Assembly (NCBI RefSeq): GCF_963506605.1
Contig: NC_083278.1
Coordinates: forward strand, 36,952,001-37,016,000
Direction: 5' to 3'
Source: Zootoca vivipara
Lineage: Eukaryota
Length of the DNA stretch: 64,000 bases
A program made the translations under genes and the position numbers. The number at the start of each line of letters is the position of its first letter. Position 1 is the first letter of the stretch. Of this stretch, positions 58,884 to 64,000 are shown piece by piece. The notes beneath the pieces were generated by a model. That model was not told the origin of the DNA. It did no database searches and saw only the letters and a program-made list of their open reading frames with translations.

Positions 58884-61800
58884 CTATCTATCTATCTGGA
58901 TGTGGAAACAGAAAGCCTTATATTCATCAAAACTTCATATAATTCTCATAAAAGGTACATAGCTGGACTTACTTTTTCTATCTTCAAAGCATTGACTTCA
59001 GCCAGATCATGCTCAACACATCTATAGCAGGAAATGATATTGGCAGACAGTGGATGGTGCTGCTGATGAAAACATTAACAATGACTTTGTCAGTTTGTCA
59101 TCAGACAGAATTTGTAAGAACTAAAAGAAAGGATAATGAAATAATGAAATCAGAGTTCTTACCTGACAAAGCTTGCTCATCCAAAAGAATTTTTAAAAGG
59201 TCCAGTGTCTCTCGTCATTTCAGACGCTTTCACACTTACACCCGCAAACATTGGCACACTTCTCCAGTGGTGTACTTCACATACCTGCCAAGGGCCCTGG
59301 TAAAATTGGGACAACTTGGGTTTTTCTGAAGGAGATTGCGGTGGCTATTTTGGGTGATAATCTCGCGCATTCTAGCCCACAAAATGCACTTTTTTGGGGG
59401 GGGGGCACGATGTTCAAATGCCCTGTGACTTTATCTTCTTTCCACACAATCTGAGCACTGGATTCTGTTGTCCCGTGCCATTTACCTTCCCTTCTATTTA
59501 TTTAGAATGGGTGACAATATTGCCCTTTGTCTCAGCAAATAACACAAGGTCCCTAGAAGTGGAATGGTTTTCATAACGTAAAATCTCTCACCATCATGGC
59601 TATGCCAGTGTATTCAGCTTAAGTGTCTGATCCATCTTGGGCTCACTTTAGTCATTATAATTTTTTTTAAAAAAAGTTCAAAATAAGAAGTTTGGAGGAA
59701 CCAAAGGGGCATCTCTGGCTGGAATCTGTTGCTGAGAAAATTACTTCCTGTCAGTTCATGGTAAGGCTATGCCTAGATCAGAATAGAATGGGAGCAAGTT
59801 CTTTAGCATAATGTTTGTTTCAAATCGTTTCTGAGATGAATAATTCCCTTCTGCTACTTTGGTTAAGGAACCAAAAGCACTAATAACTGTCAGCCCAAAA
59901 AACAAACAAAGGATTTGTCTAAAACCCAGTAATCTGGAACATGAGACCGGTTTGTGACAATGTCTATAAATTAATGAGATGGAGACGAAAGCTGCCTTTG
60001 CCTGCAAGCTGTGTCCACGATGTCTGAAAAACACACAACCATATTTGTTTTGATCTGTTCAACATTCTGTAAGCGCTGAGATGGGCCCCTTTGCATGAAT
60101 AAACTGGCTGCATGTACTTGGAAATCAAACGAGAACTGATAGTTTCCCTTATTTAAACAGTCTTTTGTTTTCAAGTATTTTTTCCCAGTTAGTTCATGCA
60201 GAAGCATGCCTGCAACACACTGAGCTGCCCAGAAAATGCAGCTTCATTTTGTTATAAAATGCCACGTGAAGGAGAGAAGATGGCAGAACAGGACTTTTTA
60301 GGGTGGAATGATTGATGTTATAGGTATAGGCAGGTGCTCCAGCAGCTCATGCCAAGTGGCTGCCCCTGCAAATAAAGTGCAAAAAAAAGCCACGATACAC
60401 TCTGTCATTTGGACTGTGCAGTTTTAGCCTTTATGATGTCAGGAAACCTATTGCTGCAGGTGCTACTGAAGGAATTTTTTTATTTTGCTTTGACTCAGAC
60501 CAACACGGCTACCTACCTGTAACTATTGCTGCAGGTGTTGGTTAAACTCACTATTGGTAATCATCAAAGCAAAATCAACACAAAACATGGCCAGTTTCAA
60601 ATATACAGAGGAGAGGTTACGCATTTTTTTTAAGGTCCACAGTGCAGAGGCATACAATTTGACATTTGAACCACCATACCTATCCATTCTTAAGGAATCA
60701 GCCCTGAGTGCTCACTGGAAGGACAGATCCTAAAGCTGAGGCGCCAATACTTTGGCCACCTCATGAGAAGAGAAGACTCCCTGGAAAAGACCCTGATGTT
60801 GGGAAAGATTGAGGGCACAAGGAGAAGGGGATGACAGAGGACGAGATGGTTGGACAGTGTTCTCGAAGCTACTAACATGAAGTTGATCAAACTGTGGGAG
60901 GCAGTGGAAGACAGGAGTGCCTGGCGTGCTCTGGTCCATGGGGTCACGAAGAGTCGGACACGACTAAATGACTGAACACACATCAGTTTAAAGATATACA
61001 TGAACCTGTTGCCCATGCACACAGCCCCTTTGTTGCGAGCAATGGCAGACGTGGAGCTCTCAAAATTCAGTGGCACCCTGTGCACTGATAAAATCCAGTG
61101 CCCACCCCACCTCTCACGCTCCATTCTACAGCATCATCATGGCGCCCATGCAACATGGTGACCAGTGCGACTGAACTGGTTGCGCTACCCTTAAACTGCC
61201 TCTGTTGTGAGCCATGATTAAAGAGGAGGCATCTAACTAAACAATTTCCTGTTCCATCCAAAACTAGGATTACTAGTTTTGGAACAATCCGGGATACTAA
61301 ACAAAACTACAAACTGAAGTTGGTTTATTATCTTGGAGCATTCCAAAACTGGTAACCAATTTCCCTGGTTTGGATTAGCCAGGAAACTACGGTTTGTTAA
61401 AAGCTCCCAGATTTAACCATGGCTTGGGTACAGGGGACAGAAGCCCTTTGATGATCTCAGCTTAATAAACCAAGATATGATTGTCTAAGTTTGCTGTCAC
61501 AGTTATTTCCCCCCCCCTCTGTTGCCTGTGGAAAGCATTTCAGGGTACCCTGTTAGCTGCTGCAAACCAGAAAGCCAGATAAGGCAAATGCAGGCTAATG
61601 TATCACACGTGGAAGCAGACTGGGAATTGCTGTCACTTTGCTGTCAGCTGAATGAGTTGCAACAAATCCCTTCATACCCCCCCCCCCGAGTGTATAACTT
61701 CCATTTCATCACTGCCTGTCTGAGTATTTTGTCACAAGCCCTAACAGAAAGCACCTTGGATTACTTTCTCTTGTGTGAACAACGAACTTCCTGGGAAGCC

Positions 61801-63708
61801 AAGTTTCTTACCTTGCCCTCGTAAACCTTATTCTGAAAGGGACAATGATAATCTTGACTCCTAACAAACTGCCAGATGTATGCCAAGAAAGACTGCCTCA
61901 CATTCAGCATCTTAACACTTCCTTGCTACCATGAACTGGCCGCTCTGCTCTGAGATGCTGAGAATTTATAGGATCCCAGTGACACATGTGCATTTTTCAT
62001 GCACCTCATGATGATTCCAGCAAACCTGGAGCCCCATTAAACTTGATAGTGACAGCAATGTGAAGAAGAAAATGGAACTGCTTTGCAGATTGCAGCTGAG
62101 ACTTTGGAAATCCTACAGTACATTCCGGCAAAGGCTAGACCCAGGGTGCCAGAGTACCCTGGAAGGCTACAGAATGCAGACCACCAAAGAGATGATTTGC
62201 AGAACAAAAGAATGCTAACTTGTGCAAACCACACTGAGGTATTTCATTTCCAATGTTATATTTTGGGACAATTAACATGCCTATGCATGCAATTGCAGAG
62301 AACAAGGAACACCAAGATCATGAAAATAACACACTGAAAAGAGGCAGGTCCCACATCACCTGGTAGCCTGGCTGGGCAGCTGCTGGTTCCCCACTGTCCC
62401 AACCTCCCTTCCCCAGCTGCGATGCTGCTTCTATTTCTATGTTACATCTGAATCACGCCTCGATTATGAAAGTGATAGATCAATGCCTGGAAGTAGCGCG
62501 GTAGATGGGATGAGAGCTAATAAGCTCCAGCTAAATGCCAATAAGATGGAGGCCCCGAGTCTGGCAAGCAACTTATAATGCTGCACTATCCCTGAAGGAG
62601 CAGGTGTGCAGTTTGGGGGTGCAGAATGCCCAGGTGGTGGGAATGGCACCTTTTACCATCTTTAATTGGTGTTGCAGGTATGACTGCTCTTGGGTCATGC
62701 TAACCATGCCACACTGACTTGGTAACATCAGGACTGCGCTACTGTAATGCGTTCTACAAGGGGCAACCTTTAAGATTGGTACGGAAGCTGCAGCTAATGC
62801 AGAATACAGTGCTTGGGCTGCTGACTAAGGAAGCTTAATGCAAACATTTAACACCGCTTTTTAAAGAACCGCATTGGCTGGCAATATGCTACTGCCATTC
62901 CAAGTTTAAGGCTTTTGTACTTACCTAAAGCCGTAAACTGCTTCTGACTGGGTTATCTGAATGGTTTGCCCTGTATAGATCTGCCTGGAGGGGGGGGGGG
63001 TAGGCCCATTCATGCTCCACTAAACTACAGTGCAGTGTGACATCAACATGTGGCTGCTTTCAGCCTCAGCTATCCCACTCACTTCACCTGCAGTATAGGG
63101 ATGATAATTCTTGCTCACCCTACCAGAGTGTTATAAGACGAACTAAGATAATGTATGTGAGTATATACTTGACATGCAGTATATACATGCTAAACATTAT
63201 TATAAGCACAGTTCATTAAAGATGACTAGAAGGGATTACAAAAAGTTACCTTTTTGTAACAGTAAATGCACATTTTTACATACATAGTATATTGCCATTA
63301 TCTGCTTACTGTCAACACATGGTACGGACACAGGATCTCCTGTACTGGAAAGGTACTAAATAGCTTACCTTGCTCAGAGAGGATTGTTGAGTCTGTGCTG
63401 GGGATCTGGTCTTTCATCTTCTCATCTTCCCTCTCCTCGTCGCTAACCTCCTGAAAGATACCAGCAGTAAATGTTGCAGGTGTGAATAACTGTTCAGTTG
63501 GCATCTCAGAAAAGGCTGGGCTTAAATCATTGCTGGCTGATTGATCTGCTGGAGGAGGTGAATCAGGATCTCCTGGTCTGAGAGGAACCCCAGTACTATC
63601 CAAGGCATTGAAAGGCACTGTGGGCATTGGGTAATCTAGAATGAGGTTTGTATCCTCAATGTCATTAACTGTTGCTGGACTTGCATAAACCAGTAGTACT
63701 TCAGAGGT
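42396..63708 (-). CDS. IMPG1: Interphotoreceptor matrix proteoglycan 1 (SPACR), 3' part (5' exons lie beyond the window)
   Basis: Mucin-like region, SEA-2 ([14 protein letters not shown]...[22 protein letters not shown]) and EGF (DQADPCKF). Convergent adjacency to MYO6 is the established IMPG1 synteny, not that of IMPG2. Confidence 0.96.
42698..42876 (-). CDS. IMPG1: Putative IMPG1 cytoplasmic-tail exon: (E)[59 protein letters not shown]
   Basis: ttctgccttgtag|A, in phase with the TM exon across a 96-bp intron; donors at 42774 (AAT|gtaagt) or 42698 (GAG|gtaaaa); ungapped similarity to the IMPG2 tail (recalled). Confidence 0.8.
42973..43140 (-). CDS. IMPG1: Putative IMPG1 transmembrane exon (168 bp): (R)[55 protein letters not shown](E)
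   Basis: ccctttccctccatgttttag|A ... GA|gtaagc; phase 2-2, stop-free. Supplies Cys5/Cys6 of EGF-2, then an 18-aa hydrophobic run followed by KLRRK. Confidence 0.85.
43477..43620 (+). mobile_element. SINE with tRNA-Ile-like head and CR1-like 3' tail
   Basis: TAGCTCA..GGTAGAGCGTGGTGCTGATAATGCCAAAGTTGCAGGTTCGAT head; TTGGACTAGAT..GGTCCCTTCCAACTC tail; the same tail occurs at 55609-55670. Confidence 0.8.
43848..43888 (-). CDS. IMPG1: Putative IMPG1 41-nt stop cassette exon (R)TFHHSK*
   Basis: ctcttttccttatag|G ... GAG|gtaagt are near-consensus sites; no homology support. Confidence 0.4.
44860..45245 (+). mobile_element. Degenerate L2-type 3' end containing (TG)n at about 45047-45090
   Basis: agggccttct..gtg..gcccc..ctttggaattctctcc motif and taagccgccttgagtccc tail; approximate. 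Confidence 0.55.
45260..45470 (-). CDS. IMPG1: IMPG1 exon (211 bp): EGF-1 and first four cysteines of EGF-2, [11 protein letters not shown]...[10 protein letters not shown]
   Basis: tttacag|CT ... AG|gtaagt; phase 1-2. Confidence 0.97.
46865..47158. mobile_element. hAT MITE carrying a nested second element (46945-47099)
   Basis: Outer TIR CAGGGTTTCCCAAA / TTTGGGAAACCCT; inner element flanked by TCAGGGAT / TCAGAGAT. Confidence 0.85.
47550..47810 (-). mobile_element. CR1 LINE ORF2 C-terminal fragment
   Basis: ELVQR...VKG...[12 protein letters not shown], a typical CR1 motif (ORF 47551..47748). Confidence 0.8.
48719..49147. mobile_element. CpG-rich non-autonomous hAT-like element with internal inverted repeats
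   Basis: 8-bp TSD GTTGGGAC (48711-48718, 49148-49155); left TIR CATAGCTGCCAAG; right TIR degenerate. Confidence 0.85.
50002..50221 (-). CDS. IMPG1: IMPG1 exon (220 bp): SEA-2 C-half [27 protein letters not shown]...SYSLDIEP
   Basis: tttgtag|CTT ... CAG|gtgatg; phase 0-1. Confidence 0.97.
50268..50480. mobile_element. hAT (Charlie-like) MITE
   Basis: Ends TAGTGGTGTTCAAA / TTTGGACATGCCTG; TSD CTTTAAGT / CTTTAAAT. Confidence 0.75.
51655..52190 (-). CDS. IMPG1: IMPG1 exon (536 bp): mucin region and SEA-2 N-half
   Basis: tttctag|AT ... CTG|gtaggt; within ORF 51499..52242. Confidence 0.96.
52596..52814. mobile_element. Tc1/mariner (Tigger-like) MITE
   Basis: CAGTGGTACCTC ... GAGGTACCACTG|TA. 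Confidence 0.9.
52825..53018. mobile_element. Non-autonomous DNA element, inverted relative of the nested 46945-47099 insert
   Basis: Shares CCATTTGAATGGCAAC, CCTCAAATATTTTAT and the terminus TTGGCTCCTATG; left boundary approximate. Confidence 0.7.
53131..53925 (-). mobile_element. L2-clade LINE, 5'-truncated, ORF2 C-terminus largely open
   Basis: [34 protein letters not shown] and [12 protein letters not shown] motifs (ORF 53207..54004) plus simple-repeat tail. Confidence 0.93.
55457..55608. other. Assembly gap (152 N)
   Basis: Run of N; the right flank starts inside a SINE tail. Confidence 1.
56654..56828. mobile_element. hAT MITE (CAGTGCTTT family)
   Basis: TIR CAGTGCTTTTTTT / AAAAAAAGCACTG; 8-bp TSD AGTCCACT. 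Confidence 0.9.
58844..58880. repeat. (CA)n microsatellite
   Basis: Seen directly. Confidence 0.98.
60692..60980 (+). mobile_element. BovB (RTE) LINE 3' end
   Basis: [41 protein letters not shown] and tail GTCCATGGGGTCACGAAGAGTCGGACACGACT. Confidence 0.95.
62470..62985 (+). mobile_element. Degenerate L2-clade LINE fragment
   Basis: [10 protein letters not shown], ..[18 protein letters not shown] remnants with frameshifts. Confidence 0.8.
63369..63708 (-). CDS. IMPG1: IMPG1 mucin-like exon (340 bp): [33 protein letters not shown]...DSTILSEQ
   Basis: tttgctag|ACC ... AAG|gtaagc; S/T/P/acidic-rich, open frame, phase 0-1 fits the next exon. Confidence 0.88.
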
Positions 63709-63915
63709 CTAGCAAAGAGAAGAAAGAAAGGATGAAGAAAACCTGAAGAGAGGAACAATTGCTATGATACTTAACTGTGGTCCACAGAAGGCCACTTCAC
63801 ACATTAAGGTTGCTAAGTGCTTGTCTATTATGATTTAAGTGTACATTGTAGAGCCTTGATTTCTTCTGGTTTCTCTACACTGCACTGCAAACCAGGGGTT
63901 GCCTCTGTGTAATGC

Positions 63916-64000
63916 AAGGGTTTCCCATACTTGGGTCTCCAGCTGTTGTTGGACTACAACTCCCATCATCCCTAGCTAGCAGGACTAATAGTTAGGGATG
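63916..64000. mobile_element. hAT MITE cut by the window end
   Basis: Same family as 46865 (GGGTTTCCCA..GGACTACAACTCCCATCATCCCTAGCTAGCAGGAC). Confidence 0.85.

Noticed and set aside
59155-59330. Strong minus-strand donor (CAG|gtaaga) as an extra IMPG1 exon
   Set aside because: The flanking exons already join in phase, and I found no matching acceptor with a mucin-like frame.
42352-63708. Calling the minus-strand gene IMPG2 because it has TM and tail exons
   Set aside because: The SEA-2/EGF wording ([19 protein letters not shown]) and tail-to-tail adjacency to MYO6 fit IMPG1. IMPG2 lies next to SENP7 elsewhere.

Overview
Vertebrate genomic DNA, very likely a squamate and probably a lacertid lizard (Sauria SINEs, BovB, L2/CR1/L1 fragments, many hAT and Tc1/mariner MITEs). 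Two genes converge tail-to-tail. On the + strand is the 3' half of MYO6 (unconventional myosin VI): 19 coding exons traced with GT-AG sites and continuous phase from the motor domain (1313) to the stop (34740), including two large-insert exons and the small-insert exon. On the - strand is the 3' end of IMPG1 (SPACR): mucin, SEA-2 and EGF exons. Main hunt result: downstream of the IMPG1 EGF exon, and absent from the supplied ORF track, are two in-phase, stop-free exons (43140-42973 and 42876-42698). They complete the second EGF module, encode a transmembrane helix with a basic stop-transfer signal, and encode a cytoplasmic tail that aligns without gaps to the IMPG2 tail (ENAVxxNPxF/Y). Together with a 41-nt stop cassette and a terminal exon readable in several frames, this suggests a splicing switch between secreted and membrane-anchored IMPG1, a protein known in mammals as secreted only. 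Comparisons with human or chicken proteins and exon sizes are from memory and need database confirmation. Repeat boundaries are approximate unless target-site duplications (TSDs) are given. There is one assembly gap (55457-55608).
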